From Labilithrix sp. (lineage in GTDB: Bacteria; Myxococcota_A; Polyangia; Polyangiales; Polyangiaceae), in the NCBI GenBank assembly GCA_026128965.1, contig JAHCIY010000002.1:1512108-1576107 (forward strand): a stretch of DNA of 64,000 bases, in the 5' to 3' direction. Of this stretch, positions 27,714 to 37,029 are shown piece by piece; position 1 is the stretch's first letter, and the number at the start of each line of letters is the position of its first letter. Under the pieces are notes generated by a model. It worked only from the letters and a program-made list of their open reading frames with translations, made no database searches and had not been told where the DNA came from. Both the position numbers and the translations under genes were made by a program.

Positions 27714-29057
27714 TCAGGACGTGCTCTTGAGGCCCATGCCGCCGCCGCGCCGGACGTGCTCCAAGTCGTTGGTGGCTGCGTCGAGGATGTCGCTCGCGCC
27801 GCAATCCATCGCCAGCGCGCGCGCTCGCTCGAGCGTGCTCACGCCGCTTCGCCGGCCGGTGGCGATTTCGGTTCGGCCGAGGAGGAGCCAGAGCTCGGCG
27901 ATCATGCGCCGTAGCTCCTCGGAGAAGGCGGCGCCGCGCCGGTCGAGGTTCGCGAGCGCGTCGCGGAGGCGGTCGGCGCCCGCGGCGGCGCGCCCGAGAG
28001 CGATGTGGGCGGTGCAGTCGAGACCGCACGCGCTCAAGTACGCGTCCGTCGAGCGAGCGTCGCCGCGGAGCGCCGGGATCATCTTCTTGCAGAGGCCCAT
28101 GACCCGGCCCCACTGCTGCCGTGTCGCCTCGACCTGCGCGAGCATGACGAGCATCTTCGCCGTTCGCGGGCTGGCGCCTCCGAACGTCTTCTCCTCGATC
28201 GCGCACGCACGCTCGAGCCGCTTCGCGCCCGCCGCGACGTCGCCGGACGTCAGCTCGACGAGCCCCAGCGTCGCGTGCGCGACCGACGCGCGCGGATCGT
28301 CGGCGCGGCCGATGGCCTCGAGCGTCGCCATCGCGTCCCGCGCGAGAGGGCACGCGTCGTCGGTCCGTCCGCTCGCGAGCAGGAGCTGCGCGAGGCTGAG
28401 CTTCGCCATGAGGACGCGCACGTTCGTGGGCCCCCAGAGGCTCGTCCGGAGCTCGACGCAGCGCTCCTCGTTCTCGATCGCCGCCGCGTTCGCGCCCTCC
28501 GTCTGAAGCGTGGCCGCGAGCTGGAGATGCGCGGTCGCGCGCGCCGCGCGACGTGCGTCGTCGGAGTCGGAGTCGGAGTCGGGCATGACCGCGAGCAGGC
28601 GCTCGAGGATCGCGCGTGCGCGTGGCGTTCCGCCGAACGCCTGATGGAGCACGGCGAGGACGATCCATCGTCCCGCGTGCGCGACGGTGAGGTCCTCGGC
28701 CGGCCCGGCGGCGGGGTCGGGGTCCACCTGCGCGAGCTGCGCCGTGGCGCCGTCGACGTCGTCGAGCGTGTGGAGGACGATGCCGAGCGACGCGCGCGCG
28801 TAGCGCACGTCGTTTTCGTCGGCTCCGCTCGACTCGAGCTCGGTGACGGCGCGCTTCAGCTCGTCGCGGGCCTCCGGGTAGCGGAGCCGATCGTAGGCGA
28901 TCTCGCCGCAGAGCGTCCGTGCGCGCCCCGTCGCGGTCATGTCGCCGGCGGCCTTCGCCGCAGCGAGGCAAGCACGCGCCGCGACGAGCGCGCCGTCCAG
29001 CTCCCCGCGGATGAACTGCGCGCGCGCCTCCTCGAGCCCTCCGTCTTGATCGCTCAC
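27714..29057 (-). CDS. TPR repeat protein
   Basis: Repeated Ala-rich helical TPR-like units. Convergent with the kinase and abuts its stop codon. Confidence 0.65.
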   Translation of the reverse strand: MSDQDGGLEEARAQFIRGELDGALVAARACLAAAKAAGDMTATGRARTLCGEIAYDRLRYPEARDELKRAVTELESSGADENDVRYARASLGIVLHTLDDVDGATAQLAQVDPDPAAGPAEDLTVAHAGRWIVLAVLHQAFGGTPRARAILERLLAVMPDSDSDSDDARRAARATAHLQLAATLQTEGANAAAIENEERCVELRTSLWGPTNVRVLMAKLSLAQLLLASGRTDDACPLARDAMATLEAIGRADDPRASVAHATLGLVELTSGDVAAGAKRLERACAIEEKTFGGASPRTAKMLVMLAQVEATRQQWGRVMGLCKKMIPALRGDARSTDAYLSACGLDCTAHIALGRAAAGADRLRDALANLDRRGAAFSEELRRMIAELWLLLGRTEIATGRRSGVSTLERARALAMDCGASDILDAATNDLEHVRRGGGMGLKSTS

Positions 29058-29123
29058 GCCCCGAAGATACCCGAGACGTCGCGCTCGGTCGCTACCGCTT
29101 CTTCGGCTACAGGAGGGAAAGAA

Positions 29124-29966
29124 ATGAGCACGTCTCTCGATACCGCCTCCGACGCCGAGCTGCTCGCCGCTGCGCGCGGCGGGGACAAGGCCGCGCTCTC
29201 GACGCTACTCGAGCGCTACCAGGCGCAGGTCTACCGGTTCGGGATGAAGATGTGCCGCGATCCCGAGGACGCGCAGGACGTCTTGCAGGAGACGCTGCTC
29301 GCGATGGCGCGCGGGGTTCGAGACTTCCGCGGTGCGTCGTCTCTCTCGACGTGGCTCTACACCGTCGCGCGGAGCTTCTGCATCAAGAAGCGCCGCCGCA
29401 GCAAGTTCGCGCCGAACGAGACGTCGCTCGACGCCGCCGACGCGAGCGAGGTCGAAGCGCAGGGCGATCCGGGGCGAGCGCCGGACGAGGTCCTCGCGGG
29501 CAAGGAGGTCGAGCAGGCGCTCGAGCATGCGATCCGCGCGCTCGAGCCGATGTATCGCGAGGTGCTGATCCTTCGCGACGTCGAGGGGCTCACCGCGCCC
29601 GAGGTCGCCGAGGTCCTCGGCATCAGCGCGCAGGCGGTGAAGAGCCGACTGCATCGCGCGCGCGTCGCCGTGCGTGACGGTGTCGCTCCGGTGCTCGGCA
29701 TCCCCGGCGATGCGCCTGCCGCGGCCGGCGCGTGCCCGGACGTCCTCACGCTGTTCTCGAAGCACCTCGAGGACGAGATCAGCGCGGAGGTCTGCCATGC
29801 GATGGAGCGGCACCTCGAAGGGTGCGTCCGCTGCCGCGACGCCTGCGACTCGCTCAAGCAGACCCTCGCCCTTTGCCGCACGACGGGCCCCAAGACCGAA
29901 GTGCCGACTTCGGTTCAGAGCGCGGTGAAGCGGGCGCTCAAGGACTTCCTCCAAGAGAGTCCATGA
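29124..29966 (+). CDS. ECF sigma-70 factor fused to a C-terminal zf-HC2 anti-sigma-type zinc-finger domain
   Basis: AGGAGGG RBS. Sigma region 2 (QVYRFGMKMCRDPEDAQDVLQETLL) and region 4 (EVLILRDVEGLTAPEVAEVLGISAQAVKSRLHRAR). The C-terminus CPDVL...H-x3-C-x2-C is a zf-HC2 motif. Confidence 0.8.
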   Translation: MSTSLDTASDAELLAAARGGDKAALSTLLERYQAQVYRFGMKMCRDPEDAQDVLQETLLAMARGVRDFRGASSLSTWLYTVARSFCIKKRRRSKFAPNETSLDAADASEVEAQGDPGRAPDEVLAGKEVEQALEHAIRALEPMYREVLILRDVEGLTAPEVAEVLGISAQAVKSRLHRARVAVRDGVAPVLGIPGDAPAAAGACPDVLTLFSKHLEDEISAEVCHAMERHLEGCVRCRDACDSLKQTLALCRTTGPKTEVPTSVQSAVKRALKDFLQESP

Positions 29967-29972
29967 TGACCG

Positions 29973-31010
29973 TCAGAAGATCACCGTCACTTGCGCGCCG
30001 AGGCGATCGCCGTCCGGAAGGGAGAGCCAGCGCTTCTCGTACGTCGCTTGGAGGCGTACGCGAGGGACGACGTCGTACTCGAGCATCGGGGCGAGCGACT
30101 TCGAGGCACGCACGGCGTCGTACCGAAGGCCGACGCGCGCGCGACCGAAGACGCGGGCTCGCGCTTGCACGGTTCCGCCGATCGCGCGCTGCCCGACGGA
30201 GAGCGCGCCGCTCGCGTGGACGAGCTCGGCGCGGACGCGCAGCGGCTCCTTCTCGAGGTGGACGCCGACGCCCGAGCGGATCCGCTGCGTGGGAACGCCG
30301 TCGAGCGTCCGCTCTCCGCGCTGTCCCCAAGCGAACAGCGACAGCTCCTGGCGGTGCGGATCGGTGACGTCGCCCGAGAAGACCCAGGACGCCGTCGTCC
30401 GCGCCGTAATGTCTTTCGTGTCGTTTGCATCGAAGCTGCGGCGTTGTCCGTTCGAGAGCGCGAGCGCGTAGGAGAGCGCGACGTGCCCGCGCTGGTACGT
30501 GTCGAACACCTCGACGCCGACATCGCGAAAGCCCGAGGCGCCTCCGCTGAAGCGCCCGTTCCGTACGGGGTCCTCCATGACGAGGGCCGACGCCGGGAGC
30601 GAGAGGTTGATCCACTCCGCCGCCTGGGCGTTCGACTCCACGCCTTCATCCATCAGCGGAAGGCGGAATTGTCCGATCCGGACGCGCGCGCCGGGGATGT
30701 AGCCGAGGGTGATCGACGCGTCGGCCAGCGTCGGGCCGTCGCGCGCGATCGGAGCCGTTCCGAGCTCGGCCGTGAGGTAGTAGGAGACGCGACCGTCCGT
30801 GCCGGGGAGGGCGCCGCGGAGGCCGGGGCGCGCTCGGCGAACGGTCGGCCTCGGCGACGCGGTGACCTGCACGACGCCGAACGGGCGAACGGCGGGGGCG
30901 TCCGGAGCCTCGGTGCCTTGCACCATCGGCCAGTCGGCCGCGTGCGCCGTCGAGGTGAGGGCGCACGTCGAGACGCAGGCGAGGAGGAGCCGCGCGCGTT
31001 CGATCTTCAT
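29973..31010 (-). CDS. outer-membrane beta-barrel porin-like protein
   Basis: Signal peptide MKIERARLLLACVSTCALTSTAHA. Alternating amphipathic beta strands. C-terminal Phe. Confidence 0.65.
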   Translation of the reverse strand: MKIERARLLLACVSTCALTSTAHAADWPMVQGTEAPDAPAVRPFGVVQVTASPRPTVRRARPGLRGALPGTDGRVSYYLTAELGTAPIARDGPTLADASITLGYIPGARVRIGQFRLPLMDEGVESNAQAAEWINLSLPASALVMEDPVRNGRFSGGASGFRDVGVEVFDTYQRGHVALSYALALSNGQRRSFDANDTKDITARTTASWVFSGDVTDPHRQELSLFAWGQRGERTLDGVPTQRIRSGVGVHLEKEPLRVRAELVHASGALSVGQRAIGGTVQARARVFGRARVGLRYDAVRASKSLAPMLEYDVVPRVRLQATYEKRWLSLPDGDRLGAQVTVIF

Positions 31011-31125
31011 GGTGGCCTCGCCGGTGAGAGCCGCTCCTCGTCGTTTGGGTTCCGATTTCGGCGAACCCTTTTCGTCCGCGCTGGCTCGTACACGGCATGC
31101 TGCGAGGCGGAACGTGACCACGACG

Positions 31126-32313
31126 ATGCTCGTCGCCGGCGGGCTCGCCCTGCTCATCGGCGTCGTCCTCGGGATGCTCGGCGGTGGCGGCGCGATCTTG
31201 ACCCTTCCGATGCTCGTCTACGTCGCCGGCGTCGAGCCGAAGGCCGCGATCGCGACGTCCCTCTTCGTCGTCGGCGCGACGAGCCTGGTGGGCTCGGCGA
31301 CGCATGCTCGCGCGAAGCGGGTGCGGTGGAGGATCGGCGCCACCTTCGGCGCTGCCGCGATGGGCGGCGCGTTCATGGGAGGGCGCCTCGCCCGCTTCGT
31401 CCCGGGGACGGCGCTCCTCGTTGCGTTTGCGGTCGTCATGCTCGTGACCGCTGCGGCGATGTTCAGGGGGCGCGCGGGGCGCGACGGAGCGGGGCGGGCG
31501 CCGGCGCCGCTGCGGATCCTGGCGCTCGGCGCGGCGGTCGGGATGCTCTCGGGGCTCGTGGGCGCGGGCGGCGGTTTCCTCATCGTGCCTGCGCTCACGT
31601 TCTTCGGGGGGCTCTCGATGCGCGAGGCGGTCGGGACTTCGCTCTTCGTCATCACGCTGCAGTCGTTCGCCGGGCTCGCCGGCCACGTCGGTCACGTCGA
31701 GGTGAACTGGGCCCTCGCGGCGCTGGTTACGGGCGCGACGGTGACGGGCAGCCTCGCCGGCGCGTTCTTCGGAGGGAAGGTGCCCTCCGAGGTCCTCCGG
31801 CGCGGCTTCGCGTGGTTGGTCCTCGCGATGGGGATCTTCGTCCTTGGAAAGCAGCTCTCGCTCCTGGCGATCATGGCGATGCTCGTCGCCGCGGTCGATG
31901 TCTCCGCCCTGATGGGAGGCGCGCTCGTCGGGGCGAGCGCGTCGCTGCTGTTGCTCGCGCTCGGAAGGGTCGCTGGAGTCAGCGGGTTGTACGGGGGCAT
32001 CTTCCGGAGAGGCGCCGGCGATATGCCGCTGCGAATCGCTTTCATCGCCGGGCTCCTCGCCGCCGGCGCGCTGGTTCACGCGGTTCATCCTGCGGCGTTC
32101 GAGACGACGTGGTCGCCGGCGCCGGTCCTCGCGCTCGCCGCGGGTCTGTTGGTGGGATTTGGTACCCAACTTGGCAATGGCTGCACGAGCGGTCACGGTG
32201 TGTGCGGGCTCAGCCGGCTCTCGGTTCGCTCGCTCGTCGCGACGATGACGTTCATGTTGACCGGGGGCTTTACGGTGTTCGTCGTGCGGCACATCCTCGG
32301 AGGGGGACGATGA
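31126..32313 (+). CDS. TauE/SafE family sulfite exporter domain fused to a YeeE/YedE (sulfur-transport) half-domain
   Basis: Gly-rich TM helices of TauE/SafE (DUF81). The C-terminal LGNGCTSGHGVCG motif is a YeeE/YedE signature. Confidence 0.7.
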   Translation: MLVAGGLALLIGVVLGMLGGGGAILTLPMLVYVAGVEPKAAIATSLFVVGATSLVGSATHARAKRVRWRIGATFGAAAMGGAFMGGRLARFVPGTALLVAFAVVMLVTAAAMFRGRAGRDGAGRAPAPLRILALGAAVGMLSGLVGAGGGFLIVPALTFFGGLSMREAVGTSLFVITLQSFAGLAGHVGHVEVNWALAALVTGATVTGSLAGAFFGGKVPSEVLRRGFAWLVLAMGIFVLGKQLSLLAIMAMLVAAVDVSALMGGALVGASASLLLLALGRVAGVSGLYGGIFRRGAGDMPLRIAFIAGLLAAGALVHAVHPAAFETTWSPAPVLALAAGLLVGFGTQLGNGCTSGHGVCGLSRLSVRSLVATMTFMLTGGFTVFVVRHILGGGR

Positions 32314-32729
32314 GGCAGAGAATCGTGATTGGCTTTGGCGCCGGCGCGCTATTCGGTATTGGCCTCGCGGTGTCCGGAATGACGAAGCCGTCGAAGGTCA
32401 TCGGTTTCCTCGATGTCTTCGGAGCATGGGACCCGAGCCTCGCCTTCGTGATGCTCGGCGCCATCGGAGTGCACGTCGTCGCTCTTCGCCGGATCGGCCG
32501 GTGGAGCTCGCCGCTCTTCAATCCGCATTTTCACCTCCCGACGCGGAAGGACATCGACGTTCGGCTCGTCCTCGGGGCGGCGATCTTCGGTGTTGGCTGG
32601 GGCCTCGGCGGCTACTGCCCAGGTCCCGGCCTCGTGAGCGCGATGACCGGCGCGCTCCCTGCCTTGCTGTTCGTGGCGGGCATGACCGCGGGCATGAAGG
32701 CGGAGCACCTCGCGTCGCGAGCGCTCTGA
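32310..32729 (+). CDS. YeeE/YedE family protein (second half)
   Basis: ATGA overlap. GWGLGGYCPGPGLV motif. About 140 aa TM protein. Confidence 0.7.
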   Translation: MRQRIVIGFGAGALFGIGLAVSGMTKPSKVIGFLDVFGAWDPSLAFVMLGAIGVHVVALRRIGRWSSPLFNPHFHLPTRKDIDVRLVLGAAIFGVGWGLGGYCPGPGLVSAMTGALPALLFVAGMTAGMKAEHLASRAL

Positions 32730-32742
32730 CGTCGCAGACCCG

Positions 32743-33327
32743 CTAGAGAACCACGCGACAGACGATCATGGGCTCGCCGTGATAGGCGTAGCCGACGCCG
32801 AACGGCGCGGCGATCGGCAGGGACGCGAAGTGACCGCCGTCGACGAGGCGATCGACGACGCGCGCGAGCACCGCGCGGGTGTGCCCCTCGACCCATCCGT
32901 CTTTGGACGCGGTCGCGTTGAGCGTCGCGTAGATCGGGTCGCGGACGAAGCTCGCCAGGGGCGCGTACTTCAGGTCGGCGAGCATGTGATGCGAGAAGTC
33001 GGCGACCTCGTGGTTGTAGAGCGGGAGCGATTCGAAACGGGCATGTTCGTGGGCGTTCTTCCACGCTTCGTCCGAGGTGTCCTTCAGCCAGGCGCGCCTC
33101 TCGAGGACCGAGGCCTGGTGGCCTTTCATGACGGCGGCCGCGTTCGAGCGGGTATCGAGCGAGGGCAAAAACTCCCCGTAGTACGGATTCGCGTCGATCG
33201 CGAAGAAGACGGCCGGATCCTCGCGACCGATCTCGCTCTGGACGGAGGCGATCGCTTCGGCGCAGCCGTCGAAGAGATGCTCCTCGAGAGCCTCGAAATC
33301 GAACGGGGTCGTGCTCATCCAACCCAA
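32743..33327 (-). CDS. hypothetical protein
   Basis: Coding-like composition with no recognised domain. The start may be MSTTPF at 33315. Confidence 0.5.
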   Translation of the reverse strand: MGWMSTTPFDFEALEEHLFDGCAEAIASVQSEIGREDPAVFFAIDANPYYGEFLPSLDTRSNAAAVMKGHQASVLERRAWLKDTSDEAWKNAHEHARFESLPLYNHEVADFSHHMLADLKYAPLASFVRDPIYATLNATASKDGWVEGHTRAVLARVVDRLVDGGHFASLPIAAPFGVGYAYHGEPMIVCRVVL

Positions 33328-33376
33328 CGTACACCATGCGGACGTCGGCTCGCCGAGGAGGGCGCCGCAGTCACGA

Positions 33377-33901
33377 CTACCGCGCGAGCTTTTGCACCGT
33401 CTCCCACGAGCGCGTCGTGACGTCCTTGCCGAACGTCTTCTCGATGAGCGTCATGAAGACGGCGCCGCGCGGGCTCGGGACGTAGACGGTGAAGACTTCG
33501 CGGTCCGTGGCGCGGAGGATGCGCGCGCCGTCGACCTCGATCGGCAGCTCGAGGGTGGCGCGAGGTGGGGTCCGGAGGAAGGTCACGACGCGCTTCGCCC
33601 CGGGCGCCGAGCGAACCTTCGCGAACGGATCGGCGGCGAGGATCGCCCGCAGATCGTCGACCGCGCGCACGATGGTCGCGAACGAGCGATCCATGTGCTC
33701 GGACATCGCGGCCTCGGCCTTCTTCGCCAAGGTCGCCTCCGTGGCGGCGCGAGCGCTGAAGACGACGTTGCCGCTCGACAGCACCGTCTTCACGTCCACG
33801 AACCCCGCCGCCTCGAAGGCCCGCGCGAGCTCGGGCATCTTGCAGTTCATGGGGCTCACGCCGCGCAGGAGCGCCGCGTAGCGGACGAGCGACTTCGTCA
33901 T
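33377..33901 (-). CDS. DUF1697 family protein
   Basis: MTKSLVRYAALLRGVSPMNCKMPELARAFEAAGFVDVKTVLSSGNVVF is characteristic of DUF1697. Confidence 0.75.
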   Translation of the reverse strand: MTKSLVRYAALLRGVSPMNCKMPELARAFEAAGFVDVKTVLSSGNVVFSARAATEATLAKKAEAAMSEHMDRSFATIVRAVDDLRAILAADPFAKVRSAPGAKRVVTFLRTPPRATLELPIEVDGARILRATDREVFTVYVPSPRGAVFMTLIEKTFGKDVTTRSWETVQKLAR

Positions 33902-33948
33902 TTCGCGGTCATTCTATCCGGCCCGCGCTCGTCTATCATCGACGTCGC

Positions 33949-34692
33949 TTGATGGATGCCGGTGAGCTCACCAGCGACGCCCTGACCGCGTCGTTTCGGA
34001 TCGTGCAGCGGCGGCGGGGGCATCGGTTCTCGGTCGACGATCTCGCGACCGCGTGGGAGGCCGTGCACGCCGCGCCCGCGGCGGCGAGCTTCCTCGATCT
34101 CGGGTGCGGCATCGGCTCGGTGCTGCTGATGGTGGCATGGCGCCTCGCCGCGGCGCGCGGCTTCGGCATCGAGGCGCAGGACGTCAGCATCGAGCTCGCG
34201 CGGCGGAACGTCTGCGAGAACGGGCTCGACGAGCGGGTGCGGCTCGTTCACGGCGACCTCCGCGACGCGACGCGCGGCTGGCCGCACGGCGCTTGCGATC
34301 TCGTCACCGGCACGCCGCCGTACCTGCCGCTCGGGACCGCGTCGGCGTCGCCCGATCCGCAGCGCGCGGCGGCGCGCATCGAGCTCCGCGGCGGCGTCGA
34401 GGACTACCTCGCCGCCGCGGCGCGCGTGCTCTCGCCCGACGGCGTGGTCGTCGTCTGCGCCGACGGGCGCGCGCCCGAGCGCGTCGCTCGCGGCGCGGCG
34501 GCGGCGGGGCTCGTGCCGGTGCGGCGCGTCGACGTCGTGCCGAGGGCCGGACGTTCGAGCCTCTTCTCGGTGTGGACCTGCGCCCGCGCAGCTCGCGGCG
34601 CGATGGAGCACGCCCAGGTGGTCATGCGCGACGAAGCAGGCGCGCGCACCGACGCGAGCCGCGCGATGCGGCAGACGTTCGGGCTCGGTTGA
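33949..34692 (+). CDS. class I SAM-dependent methyltransferase (N6-adenine/small-domain type, TGTPPY motif)
   Basis: LDLGCGIGSVLLMVA (motif I) and DLVTGTPPYLP (motif IV). Confidence 0.75.
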   Translation: MMDAGELTSDALTASFRIVQRRRGHRFSVDDLATAWEAVHAAPAAASFLDLGCGIGSVLLMVAWRLAAARGFGIEAQDVSIELARRNVCENGLDERVRLVHGDLRDATRGWPHGACDLVTGTPPYLPLGTASASPDPQRAAARIELRGGVEDYLAAAARVLSPDGVVVVCADGRAPERVARGAAAAGLVPVRRVDVVPRAGRSSLFSVWTCARAARGAMEHAQVVMRDEAGARTDASRAMRQTFGLG

Positions 34693-34733
34693 CGTTCGGG
34701 CTCGGTCGGCGGTCGCGACGGGCGCGCGAGGCG

Positions 34734-36965
34734 TCAGCGCGCCTTCATCATGTCGGCGAGGATGCGCGTCGTCTCGTCGACCCAGAGGTCGCGCGCGAGG
34801 CTGTCCTTCCATTTGTCGACGCGCTTCTGCGCGCGCGGATCGGCGGCCGGCGCGTCCTGCGCCGTGAGCGGCACGACCTCCAGCAGCGGCTTCGGCTCGT
34901 TCTTCTTCGGGTCGAGCGCGTCGAGCTCCGACTTCATGCGCTTGTATTCGGCCTGCCACGCGTCGCGCGCGAGGGGGCGCATCGTCTTGTCGCGCCGCGC
35001 TTCCATCAGCTTCGCGAACTTCGTGACGGTCGCGAGATCGGCGTTCGCGCCGGTGCGGGCGGCGCTCGCGGACGCGAGGGCGGCCGTCTTCCACGCGTGC
35101 GGCACCTTCGTGAAGGAGGCGGGGGCGATCGTCGACCACGGGATCGCGTGGAAGAGCGTGCGCTCGCCGGACTCGACGAAGGAGGTCGGATCGGGGAGGA
35201 GGACGTCGGGCACGATGCCCTTCAGCTGGGTGGAGCCGCCGCTCACGCGGAAATACTCCTGGACCGTGATCTTGTAGACGCCGAGCGGATCGGCCTGCGG
35301 CGGCTGCTTCACCGTGCGATCGAGGTCGAGCACCGCCTGGACGGTGCCCTTGCCGTGCGTCGCGCTCGACCCGACGACGACGGCGCGCTCGTAGTCCTGG
35401 AGCGCGCCCGCGACGATCTCGGCCGCGGAGGCGCAGAAGCGATCGACGAGGACGACGACGGGGCCGTCGAACGCGATCGAGGCGTCGGTGTCGCGCAGCA
35501 CCTCCACCGCGCCGCTGCCGTCCTTGGTCTGGACGACGGGACCTTCTTTGATGAAGAGGCCGCTGATGTCGCGCGCGTGGGTGAGGAGGCCGCCGCCGTT
35601 GCCGCGGAGATCGAAGACGAGCGACTTCACGCCCTTCTTCGTGAGCTGGGTCAGGAGCGCGCGCATGTCGGCGGTGGCGTTGCGCTCGCCGGGCTTGGGC
35701 CTGCCGCCCTCGCCGTAGAAGCCGGGGAGGTGCACGTAGCCGACGTCGCCGTTCGCCTTCGTCTTCAGGACGGCGCCGCGGGCGTAGGTCGCCTCGATGC
35801 GGACGACGTCGCGCGTGATCGAGATCGTCTTGATGCTGTCGTCGGGCTTCTTCACGGTGAGGATGACGACGGTGCCCTTCGGGCCGCGGATCATGCTCAC
35901 GACTTTGCCGATCGGCATGTCGGTCACGTCGACGGGCTCTTTGCCCTCTTGCGCGACGGCGAGGATCAAATCGCCTATCTCGAGCTTGCCCTGCTGCTCC
36001 GCCGCGCCGCCGGGGACGAGGTCGTTCACGAGGATGTAATGGTCTTGCTCGCGGAGCGTGGCGCCGATTCCCTCGAGCCGGCCCGTCATCGCAATATCGA
36101 AATCGGCCTCTTCCGCCGGGGGTAGGTAATTCGTATGCGGATCGTAAACGGCATTCAGCGCGTTGATGAACGTCTGCGCCGGCTCGAGCTTGTCCGCGGT
36201 CGCGAGGCGCACGAACTGCGTCGCGTAGCGCGTGGCGATCTCCTTTTGCACCTTGTCGCGACGCCCTTCGAACGTCGCCGGGATCTCGCCGAGCGCCTTC
36301 TCCGCCGCCGCCTCGCGCCGCGCGTCGTCGGCGTCGGCCGGCTTGTCGCCCGGCTTCGGGTTGGCCTTCCGCTCGAGGATGTCCTCGAGCTGCTGCGCGC
36401 GCTCGAGGACCTGGAGCTTGAGGACGCCGCGCCACCGCGCCGCGAGCTCCTCCTCCGTCTTGCAGAATGCACGCTTCTTCGGGTCGGTCTCGATCGTCTC
36501 GTTCGCGCTGAAGTCGAGCGGGGCGGCGAGCGTCCGCGCGATCACGTCGGCGACGACGCGGCGACGGCCGGTGAGCAGCGCGACGCCCTTGCGTCCGAGC
36601 GCGAGGTCGCCGGCGCGGAGCTCGTCGTCCATGACCGTCTCGAAGCGGGCGAGTCGCTGCACGTCGCTCTCGAGGAGGAAGAGCTTGCCGCTGTCGAGCT
36701 CCTCGATGAAGCGCTGGAAGGCCTCCTTCGAGATCGCGTCGTCGATCGCGTGCGCGCGGACGTGCTGCTGTCCGAGCAGCGTGCCGGCCGCGCTCGCGAG
36801 GAGGGGCTCGCGCGGATCGCGCGGGGCCTCTGCGAGATCGGCGTCGACGGGGCGCGCCGACGCGGTCGCCGACGGCGGCGGGGCGGTCCCGTCGCGCTTG
36901 TCCGCGGGGCGCGGCGAGCCGCACGAGAGCGCGAGCACGAGGAGGAGGAGGAGCGAACGACGCAT
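34734..36965 (-). CDS. S41 family carboxy-terminal processing (tail-specific) protease lipoprotein
   Basis: Lipoprotein signal LLLLLVLALSCGS. PDZ region. S41 catalytic region (VVILTVKKPDD...DLRGNGGGLL). Prc-like length. Confidence 0.85.
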   Translation of the reverse strand: MRRSLLLLLVLALSCGSPRPADKRDGTAPPPSATASARPVDADLAEAPRDPREPLLASAAGTLLGQQHVRAHAIDDAISKEAFQRFIEELDSGKLFLLESDVQRLARFETVMDDELRAGDLALGRKGVALLTGRRRVVADVIARTLAAPLDFSANETIETDPKKRAFCKTEEELAARWRGVLKLQVLERAQQLEDILERKANPKPGDKPADADDARREAAAEKALGEIPATFEGRRDKVQKEIATRYATQFVRLATADKLEPAQTFINALNAVYDPHTNYLPPAEEADFDIAMTGRLEGIGATLREQDHYILVNDLVPGGAAEQQGKLEIGDLILAVAQEGKEPVDVTDMPIGKVVSMIRGPKGTVVILTVKKPDDSIKTISITRDVVRIEATYARGAVLKTKANGDVGYVHLPGFYGEGGRPKPGERNATADMRALLTQLTKKGVKSLVFDLRGNGGGLLTHARDISGLFIKEGPVVQTKDGSGAVEVLRDTDASIAFDGPVVVLVDRFCASAAEIVAGALQDYERAVVVGSSATHGKGTVQAVLDLDRTVKQPPQADPLGVYKITVQEYFRVSGGSTQLKGIVPDVLLPDPTSFVESGERTLFHAIPWSTIAPASFTKVPHAWKTAALASASAARTGANADLATVTKFAKLMEARRDKTMRPLARDAWQAEYKRMKSELDALDPKKNEPKPLLEVVPLTAQDAPAADPRAQKRVDKWKDSLARDLWVDETTRILADMMKAR

Positions 36966-37029
36966 CCGCAGAAAGTATCACGCGATCGGGGAGGGTTGCG
37001 GCGGCGGTCGGCCGCGCCGCGGCGGGGCG

